A stretch of DNA of 32,000 bases from Halalkalibacterium halodurans. Lineage in GTDB: Bacteria > Bacillota > Bacilli > Bacillales > Bacillaceae_D. The stretch covers positions 65,264-97,263 of the forward strand of contig NZ_SNUY01000004.1 of assembly GCF_004376175.1 (NCBI RefSeq). The letters run 5' to 3'. This document shows positions 15,179 to 23,188 of this stretch, piece by piece. How positions within the stretch are numbered: position 1 is the stretch's first letter; every line of letters starts with the position of its first letter. Both the position numbers and the translations under genes were made by a program. The notes below the pieces were generated by a model. That model was not told the DNA's origin and did not search any database. It saw only the letters and a list, made by a program, of their open reading frames with translations.

Positions 15179-16177
15179 ATGAAAAATCACTTGCACACGA
15201 TCATGGAGGATTGGAAGCTGTCTGGAACAGCGTTAATGAAAAAAAGGGAGGATATACCGTTTATTGCTAGCCTCGGTTTTGCTAATCGGGCAGAGCGAAT
15301 ACCCAATGAGCACCACACGCGCTTTGGCATTGCTTCAGGCTGCAAACTCTTTACGGCAATCGCGATTTGCCAGCTCGTGGAAGCGGGTAAGCTTTCCTTT
15401 GACACACCGCTATCTGACTGGTTAGATGCTCCTTTTCCGAATGTCACAATCCACCACTTGCTCACTCATACATCTGGAGTCCCAGACTATTTTGACGAGG
15501 AAATCACAGATGACTTTGAAGATTTATGGAAAGACGTTCCGATGTATCATCTTCGCCGTTTAAAGGATTTCTTACCATTGTTTCAGCATGCACCGATGAA
15601 ATTTCCTCCCGGCCACCGGTTTCATTACAATAACGCTGGCTTTATTTTATTAGGTTTGGTTGTTGAGAGTGTTAGCGGTGTAACGTTTCAAGAATATGTG
15701 GAAGCGAATGTTTTCCAGAGGGCAGGAATGCACGAGTCTGGATATTTCGCCTTTGATACTTTGCCGGCTAAAACCGCCCTCGGTTACATTGATTTAGAAG
15801 ACGGTTCTTGGAAAACGAACCTTTATTCCTTACCGGTCATTGGCGGCTCAGATGGCGGAGCGTATGTCACAGCAGAGGATATGATGAAGCTGTGGCTTGC
15901 ACTCATGAGGCATGAACTATTAAACGAAACCTACACACAACAGTTGCTCACGCCCCATGTTCATTGTGAGGATGACGACTATTACGGCTACGGTGTATGG
16001 ATCAAGCAACAGGATGGAGCAATCAGCAAATATCATGTTATGGGCTATGACCCTGGTGTTTGTTTTCACTCAGCCTTCTATCCAACCTCAAACGGAATTG
16101 TCGTCGTCTGCGCAAACCAATCGTCTGGAGCCTACGATGTGATGGCAGCGATTGAAGCCCTATTTTCAGAAGCATAA
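15179..16177 (+). CDS. serine hydrolase of the beta-lactamase/PBP4*-like family
   Basis: SxxK motif (ASGCKLF) and YxN motif (YNNAG). LLTHTSGV is typical of class C beta-lactamase-fold esterases. Confidence 0.85.
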   Translation: MKNHLHTIMEDWKLSGTALMKKREDIPFIASLGFANRAERIPNEHHTRFGIASGCKLFTAIAICQLVEAGKLSFDTPLSDWLDAPFPNVTIHHLLTHTSGVPDYFDEEITDDFEDLWKDVPMYHLRRLKDFLPLFQHAPMKFPPGHRFHYNNAGFILLGLVVESVSGVTFQEYVEANVFQRAGMHESGYFAFDTLPAKTALGYIDLEDGSWKTNLYSLPVIGGSDGGAYVTAEDMMKLWLALMRHELLNETYTQQLLTPHVHCEDDDYYGYGVWIKQQDGAISKYHVMGYDPGVCFHSAFYPTSNGIVVVCANQSSGAYDVMAAIEALFSEA

Positions 16178-16220
16178 AACTAGTTCACCGTAACGGTGTT
16201 TGGTTCTGAACAGCTCTCAT

Positions 16221-16544
16221 TTAGGAAAAGGTAGTTGAGGCGAGTTCACTTTCAGAATAATAGCGAATAGGCATCCCTTTAGAGGTAGCGAACTCAATCT
16301 CTTTTCTCGTACTGCGACCAATATAACCGTCCACATCAAGGACGAAAATTTCGTCTGACATCTCTATTTTTCGCCTGTGAATGTTTTCAAACATCTGTAC
16401 TTGTTCTTCCGTAATCTCAATCCCTTCACTTTGCTCAAAAAAACCGACGCTTAACACAACATGTCCTTTTAGCGTCAAATAAGCACTGGCTTGTTCAAAC
16501 TGTCTCTTGAACTTCGTAGAACCACATAATGTTATCACCTTCAT
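16221..16544 (-). CDS. mini nucleoside 2-deoxyribosyltransferase-like fold protein (107 aa), function unknown
   Basis: N-terminal VITLCGSTKF and C-terminal DGYIGRSTRKEIEFATSKGMPI resemble the NDT/DNPH1-type G-x-x-x-E-hxxA-xxxGKP pattern. This is weak by-eye recognition only. Confidence 0.4.
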   Translation of the reverse strand: MKVITLCGSTKFKRQFEQASAYLTLKGHVVLSVGFFEQSEGIEITEEQVQMFENIHRRKIEMSDEIFVLDVDGYIGRSTRKEIEFATSKGMPIRYYSESELASTTFS

Positions 16545-16637
16545 CGTACCATTCCTTTCTTCCGTTTATGTCCCTATTGTACAACAGAGAAGAGGAATTT
16601 GTTTTTTGTTTATTGAAAAGAAGAAGAGACATCAACA

Positions 16638-16681
16638 CAAAAATCGGGTGAACCGTAGCTCAAACGGTTCACCCGATTTTA
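16638..16681 (-). terminator. strong rho-independent terminator of the SurA_N lipoprotein gene
   Basis: A 16-bp perfect stem: AAATCGGGTGAACCGT (16641-16656) pairs with ACGGTTCACCCGATTT (16664-16679). T-runs occur on both strands. Confidence 0.85.
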
Positions 16682-16717
16682 TGGCTCCAAGGTGCTTTTG
16701 AAGCAAGCCCCTGAGTT

Positions 16718-17467
16718 TTATATATGAACGGTGATGTCCCCTTCATCACGAAGCTTCCCAAAAAGAACTTCCAATTGCTCTTGTTCTTTTTCTGCGATCA
16801 ATCGCTGTTCAATATTACTTTGCAGCTCTTCAAAAGTGGGTAGCTCGTCTTCCGTATAATACTGCTTTTCTTCTTCATAACGAGCTTGGATTTCTTCTTC
16901 GGTCACGTTAATCTCTTCGGTTTCCTCTTCGACGTATTTTTGTTGGCGGACGTAATGCTCAATTTCCTCTCGTAGCTCATCCATGGAGGAGCCACCTTCC
17001 TCTAGGGCTTCCATTAATGCTTCTTCCGAAGAAAATTGTGCCACGATAAACGCCAACTCTTCGTCAATTTCCTCTTCGGACACTTCAATCTCTTTTTCAG
17101 TTGCGGCTTGCTGAAGCAATTGTTCGTTTATGAGTTGCTCAATCGTCTGCTCTTCAATGAGCGAGATCATTTGCTTCCCTTCTTCTCCTTCAAGCGAAAT
17201 ACCGTATTGAGCCATGGTCATCATTTGCTGCTCAAGGACCATTACATAGGTTTCTTTGTCAATCGATTCCCCATTTACGGTGGCGACAGGATCAGGGAGA
17301 TTGTTAATGTCAATAATCTCTTCAATCGAGGGAATTTCACCACTCGCTTCTCCATCTATGTTCTTCTCTACATCTTCTTGTTCTTGTTCTTGTTCTTGAC
17401 CGTTACAAGCCATTAGGCCAATTGAAAGTGCAAACACTCCAACGATCAATCCTACCTTTTTAACCAA
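16718..17467 (-). CDS. highly acidic lipoprotein with SurA N-terminal (PrsA-like chaperone) domain, no parvulin domain
   Basis: TTG start with SD AAAGGAGAG. Lipobox IGLMAC. ATVNGESIDKETY...EQLINEQLL is typical of the SurA_N/PrsA N-terminal region. About one third of residues are Glu/Asp. Confidence 0.7.
   Translation of the reverse strand: MVKKVGLIVGVFALSIGLMACNGQEQEQEQEDVEKNIDGEASGEIPSIEEIIDINNLPDPVATVNGESIDKETYVMVLEQQMMTMAQYGISLEGEEGKQMISLIEEQTIEQLINEQLLQQAATEKEIEVSEEEIDEELAFIVAQFSSEEALMEALEEGGSSMDELREEIEHYVRQQKYVEEETEEINVTEEEIQARYEEEKQYYTEDELPTFEELQSNIEQRLIAEKEQEQLEVLFGKLRDEGDITVHI
17375..17398. repeat. perfect hexanucleotide tandem repeat (TTCTTG)x4 inside a CDS
   Basis: Four contiguous TTCTTG units encode (QE)x4 just after the lipobox of the 16718-17467 gene. 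Confidence 0.9.
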
Positions 17468-17502
17468 TGACGACTCTCCTTTCGTTGATCAAGCCTGTCG
17501 CC

Positions 17503-17530
17503 ATTGTAACATACAAGGAATTGAAGTCTA
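17503..17530 (-). promoter_or_regulatory. candidate SigA promoter of the SurA_N lipoprotein gene
   Basis: Minus strand: TAGACT (17525-17530), a 16-nt spacer, then TGtTACAAT (17503-17511). Confidence 0.4.
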
Positions 17531-17676
17531 AAACTTCCCTCTTCTGATGCCGGCTCTCAAGGCCAAAATGTAAAAAACAATCAAAGCAAAAGCCTTTTAA
17601 TAACAGGCACAAAACAAAGTAGCACGCCAATTTTAAAAAATGATGTAAGAAAAGCGCAAGGCTTATTTTCCCCTGA

Positions 17677-18480
17677 TCACATAGGCTTGACCCAATACCT
17701 TCCTGATTCTACGATAACGTCCAGCGAACAACCAAAGGCAGCGGTGATCGTTTCTTTTGTGAGCACCTCATCTTTTCGCCCTTGCGCAACTACACGCCCA
17801 TCTTTAAGCATGAGCACATGGGTGATAAACGGTTGAATTTCTTCTGGATAATGCGTGACATAGAGAAAGGTCGGGGCTCCTTTCGTCGTTGCTACTGATT
17901 CAAGCGTCTGAAGCAACTGTTCACGAGCAATAAGATCAAGACCCGTTGTCGGCTCATCTAGAATAAACAACTCAGGTTTTGCTACCCATGCCCTCGCGAG
18001 GAACGCCCGTTTCCTCTCTCCTTGCGAGAGGGTTAAAAAGCGCTCATCCGTTAGATGGGTAAGGCCAAACGTTTCGATGGCCGCCCCCGCTTTCGATACA
18101 TCAGCTTCCCCTAACGGTTCATAAACACCGACTGTACCGTGAAGCCCGCTCAGCACAATCTCGAGCACAGTATCTTGACCTTTCGTATGGAATCGATCAT
18201 CTAATGACATGCTCACCCAGCCAATTCGTTTTCGAACTTCTTGAATCGGCACTTGGCCATAGCGATTTCCTAGTACGGCTACATGTCCCTCAGTTGGCCA
18301 TTCATAGCCTGTGATTATTTTCAATAATGACGTTTTTCCAGAGCCATTCAAGCCAACGATTGCCCAATGCTCCCCTTGCTCCACTTGCCAGGAAATTTGC
18401 TGTAAAATCGGCTTTTTCGCTTTCCGTAGTGTGACCTGTTCGACCTGTAAAATGTCTGCCACGTCCATCACCTCATACAT
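17677..18480 (-). CDS. stand-alone ABC-type ATPase (YlmA/ModF-like), no permease nearby
   Basis: Walker A GLNGSGKTSLL, signature LSQGERKR, Walker B LFILDEPTTGLD. Its ATG overlaps the dipeptidase stop by 8 nt. Confidence 0.85.
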   Translation of the reverse strand: MYEVMDVADILQVEQVTLRKAKKPILQQISWQVEQGEHWAIVGLNGSGKTSLLKIITGYEWPTEGHVAVLGNRYGQVPIQEVRKRIGWVSMSLDDRFHTKGQDTVLEIVLSGLHGTVGVYEPLGEADVSKAGAAIETFGLTHLTDERFLTLSQGERKRAFLARAWVAKPELFILDEPTTGLDLIAREQLLQTLESVATTKGAPTFLYVTHYPEEIQPFITHVLMLKDGRVVAQGRKDEVLTKETITAAFGCSLDVIVESGRYWVKPM

Positions 18481-19405
18481 ACGAAATCGGTGTTGCTTTC
18501 AAAAAATTGTCCCATGCAAATCCACGAACTAGCTCTTCATCGTACCGCTTCAATAATTCGTCCATGAACCATTGAAATCTCCCTGCATGTTCCAAACCAT
18601 CCACAAAGCAAGGGATACCATCAAAATCGGAGCCAAAGCCGACATGCTTTTGCCCCCCGAGGGAACAAATATGCTCAATATGCTTCATGACATCATCGAT
18701 TGAAGCATCATCGGTCCCCGTCAAAAAATGAGGGTGAAACACGATGCCTATAAAACCACCCGCCTCCATTAAGGCCTTTAGTTGAGCGTCGGTTAAATTT
18801 CGTCTATGATCACATATCGCTTTTGCGTTGGAATGAGTCGCGACCGGGAACTGTGCATACTCGATCACATCCCAGAAGCCTCGTTCACTTAAATGGGATA
18901 CGTCCGTCAATACGTGGTGTTCATTGTTTAATGAAACGACGGCTTTCCCCCATTCCGTTAGACCTCCGCCCCTAGGCTCTCCAACACCGTCCGCGCATAG
19001 ATTCGCCTGATTCCATGTCAGACCTAGAGAACGAACACCGAGGCGATAGAGCGTCTTTAGCTTTGTCGGATCATCACCAAACGGGTCCGCACCTTCCAAT
19101 GTTAAAATCGCTCCTATCTGGTCATCATCAAGGGTCAGCAAATCGTCCCAACGTTCAATAAACGTAAACTGAGGATGCTTTTTTAAAATTTTTTCGTGAA
19201 AGAGCTCCGCTTGTTGTAAGGCGACTTGGAACTTTTGATCAAAGGGAATGTCGGGTTCGACGAAGATCGCAAAGCATTGTGCCCTTACCCCACCTTCCAT
19301 TAAACGGACAGCATTGGCTTCAATTGCTGGATCATCTGTATATTCCTTCGCAGGGTCTTCCCACAGCTTGAGTAAAGCATCACAATGGGCATCGAAAATA
19401 CGCAA
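18473..19405 (-). CDS. membrane (renal-type) dipeptidase, peptidase family M19
   Basis: FDAHCDAL (HxD zinc ligands), GLTWN, DVSHLS and GFGSDFDG motifs. The track ORF is trimmed to the TTG at 19405, which is 6 nt after the SD AAAGGAGAGG. Confidence 0.85.
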   Translation of the reverse strand: MRIFDAHCDALLKLWEDPAKEYTDDPAIEANAVRLMEGGVRAQCFAIFVEPDIPFDQKFQVALQQAELFHEKILKKHPQFTFIERWDDLLTLDDDQIGAILTLEGADPFGDDPTKLKTLYRLGVRSLGLTWNQANLCADGVGEPRGGGLTEWGKAVVSLNNEHHVLTDVSHLSERGFWDVIEYAQFPVATHSNAKAICDHRRNLTDAQLKALMEAGGFIGIVFHPHFLTGTDDASIDDVMKHIEHICSLGGQKHVGFGSDFDGIPCFVDGLEHAGRFQWFMDELLKRYDEELVRGFAWDNFLKATPISYV

Positions 19406-19500
19406 CCATTTCCTCTCCTTTCTCTCGAATGTGCTTTCACTTTCACCGACATTGAACCATATATATAGAGTAACGAACATAGGTAAAGGAGGCTATTCAT

Positions 19501-19935
19501 ATGAGTCGCGAGGAGAGCGGTAAAAGCAAGCTCCCTAACGTATATCAAGATTTTTTACGTTCCATCGATGATTTTTTTTCTAAATCGTTTCAACATCTCC
19601 ATGATAATGGGATGTTCGCTCCTTCCATTCCGATTCGCCAATACGAGAAAGGAGAGCAGTTTATCATTGAAGCCGAACTTCCAGGCGTATCCAAAAACCA
19701 AATTCAGCTAGACGTTTTCCCCCAATATGTACGTATTCGCATTCATGAAGAAGAAGTACTTGAAATGCGGGAAGATGAAAAAGGAATCTACTCAAAATCC
19801 ATCTCAAGTCAAGCGAGAGAACGAGTGATTCCTTTCCCATACCCCGTGCAAGAAGGTGATATCAAAGCGAGATTACGAAACGGCTTATTGACGATCGCGA
19901 TTCCGAACCATCGGAAACGTATCAACATTGAATAA
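19501..19935 (+). CDS. Hsp20/alpha-crystallin family small heat-shock (CotP/CotM-like) protein
   Basis: Alpha-crystallin core IIEAELPGVSKNQIQLDV...NGLLTIAIP. SD AAAGGAGG. Confidence 0.85.
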   Translation: MSREESGKSKLPNVYQDFLRSIDDFFSKSFQHLHDNGMFAPSIPIRQYEKGEQFIIEAELPGVSKNQIQLDVFPQYVRIRIHEEEVLEMREDEKGIYSKSISSQARERVIPFPYPVQEGDIKARLRNGLLTIAIPNHRKRINIE

Positions 19936-19958
19936 TTGGAGCGAAAGGAGGCGTTGAC

Positions 19959-20288
19959 ATGTACAACCTGCATCCTCGTCAAACATGGTCTCAAGGTGCC
20001 TATTACCAACAGCCTTTTCAGCATTCGACTTGGCCAAATCATCCCCAACCAACTAGCTCTGGATGGGGACAAATGTATACGAGCACAGGCCCTAGCTTCC
20101 CACCGCCTTTTTACCCAAATTACTTTTCTCAGCAAAAGCCTAAAGCTTCCCCATGGAAAGCGGCTTTTACGAATCAGGATGGCACCTTTGACATTAATAA
20201 AACGTTTCAAACCGTGGACCAAGTGGTGAAAACTGTTAATCAAGTGACACCCCTTGTGAAGTCTGTCGGTTCGATCTTTATTAAATAA
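19959..20288 (+). CDS. yppG: YppG-family protein (Q/P/Y-rich N-terminus, conserved C-terminus)
   Basis: Low-complexity QQPF/PPPFYPNYF region, then DGTFDINKTFQTVDQVVKTVNQVTPLVKSVGSIF, which is characteristic of YppG. SD AAAGGAGG. Confidence 0.65.
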   Translation: MYNLHPRQTWSQGAYYQQPFQHSTWPNHPQPTSSGWGQMYTSTGPSFPPPFYPNYFSQQKPKASPWKAAFTNQDGTFDINKTFQTVDQVVKTVNQVTPLVKSVGSIFIK

Positions 20289-20296
20289 ACCAGCCT

Positions 20297-20605
20297 TTAC
20301 ATCGTGCGAATCGATTGTCCGTAGGCTAATGTTTGATTTCGATTGATCAGCTTGAATCCTTGAGAAGGAACAAAATCTACTTTGACTTCCTCGCCAATCT
20401 CTTCGGCTGCCTTCTCATCATATATCCACGTCATTTCATGAAACGACTGGACGTGGTCGTCTTGATTTACGTGATCGTACGCTAAATAAAACTCAATCAT
20501 CGTGCTGCATTCGTACGTATCTCTTGCCACAATTCGAATTGCACGATCGCCAAGCTCCAGCTTATCCAGCTGGCTTTTTGCAGATTCTGTTACTATGATT
20601 TTCAC
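20297..20605 (-). CDS. second HesB/IscA-fold-like small protein
   Basis: VKIIVTESAKSQLDKL...IRIVA pattern. The track ORF is trimmed to the GTG at 20605, preceded by the SD GGAGGATG. Confidence 0.6.
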   Translation of the reverse strand: MKIIVTESAKSQLDKLELGDRAIRIVARDTYECSTMIEFYLAYDHVNQDDHVQSFHEMTWIYDEKAAEEIGEEVKVDFVPSQGFKLINRNQTLAYGQSIRTM

Positions 20606-20631
20606 AAAGCATCCTCCATTCATCGTTATGT

Positions 20632-20666
20632 AGCAGAAAAGGAGTCCTAGAGACTCTTTTTCTGCT
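20632..20666. other. 15-bp stem hairpin without a U-tract, between the MCP gene and the HesB-like gene
   Basis: AGCAGAAAAGGAGTC (20632-20646) pairs with GACTCTTTTTCTGCT (20652-20666). There is one non-Watson-Crick position (G-U on one strand) and a 5-nt loop. Confidence 0.6.
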
Positions 20667-20690
20667 CATCATAGACAAGTGCGAACGAAC

Positions 20691-22706
20691 TTAAGAGTTG
20701 GATTCAGACTCCGTTTGAAATTGGCGTACGGATTGGTTCAATTCATGGCTTGCTTCTTGAAGCTGTTCGGCTGCTTCTGTAATCCGCTGAAGGGCTGTAA
20801 CCTGCTCGTCTGTTGACGCGTTTACTTCCTCGGATGTCGCCGCGGCTTGCTCTGCCACTTCCACTACTGCCTCGATACGTTTGACAAACTGGCTGTTTTG
20901 CTCAGCAAGTGTACCGAAATCCTCTTGGACACTAGCAAGTGTTTCGTTCATTTGCTTAATGAGGCTTGCCATGTGAAGGAACGTATTCTCTGTTTCATCG
21001 ACTGAATCCGACTGTTCAGAAAGAATGCTTCGCGCTTGCTTCATGTCCACGATGACCTGCTTCGAGCGATTGACGATTCCCGTGATCGTATCACCTACAC
21101 GAACGGTTTCATGTGACGATTGTTCTGCAAGTCGGCGAACCTCATTCGCTACGACTGCAAACCCCTTGCCGTGCTCCCCTGCTCGCGCCGCCTCAATACT
21201 TGCGTTTAAAGCAAGGAGATTCGTTTGCTCCGACAAATGGTTGATCGTGTGGATCACTTCGTTGATTTCCATAATATGATCGGATAATTTAAGCAATCCG
21301 TCTTCCATCTGATCAAACACTGTGTTCGCTTCCAATGTCTTCGTTTTTAGATGCTGAACTTTCTCTGAGCCTGATTGTCCAGCCAAACGTGTTTCATTGG
21401 AAAGGCTGCCGACCTCTGTCATGGATAAGCTCATTTGCTCCATTTGCCGTGCCAATTGGTCAATTTGACGCTTAGCTTCATCCAAATGCTCCACCTGCGT
21501 TGTTGAACCTATGGCCACATCGCGGACAGCCAAAGCAATTTCTTCGCTTGAGGCAATTGTCTCTTCCGAAATGGCCGTCAGATGATCAGCTGCTTCTTGG
21601 ACGTGGGCGGTAGAGCCTTTGACAGTCGTAATGATCCCTCTTAATTGTACGAGCATTTCTTTAAAACTTTCTGTTAATTGCCCTACTTCATCGTTTCCTG
21701 CAGCTCTTACGTCAACGGTAAGGTCACCGGACGCCACCGTTCCGACGTGTGTTCCTAGCCGGCTAATTGGCTTTGTAATCGAACGAGCTACCAATATGAC
21801 AATCATCATTCCGACGATTAAAGCAATAACGGACACAAGGATAATCCCATTTCGCACGGTATTTACATCTTTTAGCATGTTATCCCGCTCAAATTCCATT
21901 CCAACGATCCAACCGGTTAACGGTACGGTTTGGAAAAATAAAATCGTTGATTCACCATCTGTTCGTCCATTTTCCGAATCTGAGGTTGCCTGTATCACTT
22001 GCCCATACAGCTCATCCTCAGTCACTGTTTCTCCAAGTAGCGTCGGATGAACAATTGCAGTACCTTCACGATCAAAAAGGAAGATCGTTCCATCGTAATT
22101 CATCTCGATACTTCCGAGAATATCAGAAAAATCATTTAATGTCATATCAATCCCAGCAACCCCTTGAGCCTGTCCACGTTCATCCAAAATCGCCTTCGCG
22201 ACAGTCATGACGATTTCTCCGTCCTCTATGCTCACATACGGACTAGTCCAAACAACCTCCGTAGGGGACGCCATCGCCAGTTCATACCACGGACGAGTCG
22301 TCGGATCAAAATCATCCGGCAAATCAACAGTAGGAACGGTCTCAATTGTTCGCCCTTCTGTTGCTACATAACTCAACTGAATGTTCGGATGTAGTTGTCC
22401 GTATCCGGCTAATTGACCAAGTACCTCTCCACTTACGTCTGATGAACCAGCGTCGATTTGCTCATTCACATAGGTTAATGTACGCGGATCATTTGCAAGC
22501 AATTGCAATTGATGAACATGCTCTTGTATGTATCGTTCCGTATACCGGCTCACCTCCTGTAAGACGGTTACCGCTTCATTTTCTACTTGCCTCTCAATGG
22601 AGCGTGACATTTGCATGTACGTAATAAGTGACACCGCCATTAGGACCATTAGTAGCGTCATTGAAAATAAGACTGTTAGTTTCTTTTGAATCGATTGCTT
22701 AAACAA
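20691..22706 (-). CDS. methyl-accepting chemotaxis protein (dCache-type sensor, HAMP, MA domain)
   Basis: Signalling hairpin [38 protein letters not shown]. Two TM segments flank a ~250-aa extracellular domain. TTG start 8 nt after GAGGAG. Confidence 0.92.
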   Translation of the reverse strand: MFKQSIQKKLTVLFSMTLLMVLMAVSLITYMQMSRSIERQVENEAVTVLQEVSRYTERYIQEHVHQLQLLANDPRTLTYVNEQIDAGSSDVSGEVLGQLAGYGQLHPNIQLSYVATEGRTIETVPTVDLPDDFDPTTRPWYELAMASPTEVVWTSPYVSIEDGEIVMTVAKAILDERGQAQGVAGIDMTLNDFSDILGSIEMNYDGTIFLFDREGTAIVHPTLLGETVTEDELYGQVIQATSDSENGRTDGESTILFFQTVPLTGWIVGMEFERDNMLKDVNTVRNGIILVSVIALIVGMMIVILVARSITKPISRLGTHVGTVASGDLTVDVRAAGNDEVGQLTESFKEMLVQLRGIITTVKGSTAHVQEAADHLTAISEETIASSEEIALAVRDVAIGSTTQVEHLDEAKRQIDQLARQMEQMSLSMTEVGSLSNETRLAGQSGSEKVQHLKTKTLEANTVFDQMEDGLLKLSDHIMEINEVIHTINHLSEQTNLLALNASIEAARAGEHGKGFAVVANEVRRLAEQSSHETVRVGDTITGIVNRSKQVIVDMKQARSILSEQSDSVDETENTFLHMASLIKQMNETLASVQEDFGTLAEQNSQFVKRIEAVVEVAEQAAATSEEVNASTDEQVTALQRITEAAEQLQEASHELNQSVRQFQTESESNS

Positions 22707-22793
22707 AAGGTAATCTCCTCTCTAAGTTGTCATTTTTCTTGATCGTCAAAGACACAATCATCCTACCTAGGACAATTGGTCCTCCACCGTCAT

Positions 22794-22822
22794 ATTGTAC
22801 CTAATTACCTATGAAATTTCTA
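22794..22822 (-). promoter_or_regulatory. candidate SigA promoter of the MCP gene
   Basis: Minus strand: TAGAAA (22817-22822), a 17-nt spacer, then TACAAT (22794-22799). This would give a 5' UTR of about 80 nt. Confidence 0.35.
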
Positions 22823-22858
22823 TCATTGTTTGAAATTTCTCTGAAATCAAAAGATTTC
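22813..22858. promoter_or_regulatory. repeated GAAATTTC palindromes (two perfect, one split)
   Basis: GAAATTTC at 22813-22820 and at 22832-22839. GAAAT-N6-ATTTC at 22843-22858. The first overlaps the candidate -35. Confidence 0.3.
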
Positions 22859-23154
22859 TTTTGTTAAGCAAAGGCTTTCATGACTGCTTTATCCATTTTC
22901 TAGTAAATTTCAAGCGTTACATTCACCTGTTGCAACTGGCTCCGCTCCTCTACCGATGAGTCTGATTGATACCTACTGTACGCAGCTCCTGTCTCACAGA
23001 GGCGATGCCTTCCTGTTATCATTTGAACGAAATGGCGGTCTGCATGAGAGAATCGACGATGATCGCATGTTAATAATAATCCTCCTCTTTATTTGACTGA
23101 ATTTTCAGAAAAAAATTAGCCATCTATACATGAGTATACCGCACGCAACGATAA

Positions 23155-23188
23155 GAAAAAAGCAGCCACTTCAAAGCGAAGGACTGCT
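23155..23188 (-). terminator. rho-independent terminator of the MFS gene
   Basis: Minus strand: GCAGTCC..TTC-gcttt-GAA..GTGGCTGC is an imperfect stem, followed by TTTTTT. Confidence 0.6.

Noticed and set aside
15131-15182. Orphan strong SD (TAGGAGGAG) and a 7-codon uORF (ATG 15159) overlapping the hydrolase start
   Set aside because: The SD is 21 nt from the uORF ATG. No start codon lies 5-12 nt after the SD. This is most likely a chance purine-rich stretch in the 5' UTR.
19809-20243. 144-aa minus-strand and 97-aa plus-strand ORFs overlapping hsp20 and yppG
   Set aside because: They overlap well-supported genes that have strong SDs. Their composition is Arg/Leu/Ser-rich, which is typical of off-frame translation.
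21025-22624. Five plus-strand ORFs of 76-143 aa inside the MCP gene
   Set aside because: These are antisense shadow ORFs, typical of Ala/Glu/Gln-rich coiled-coil coding sequence. They have no SDs, and the MCP frame is strongly supported.
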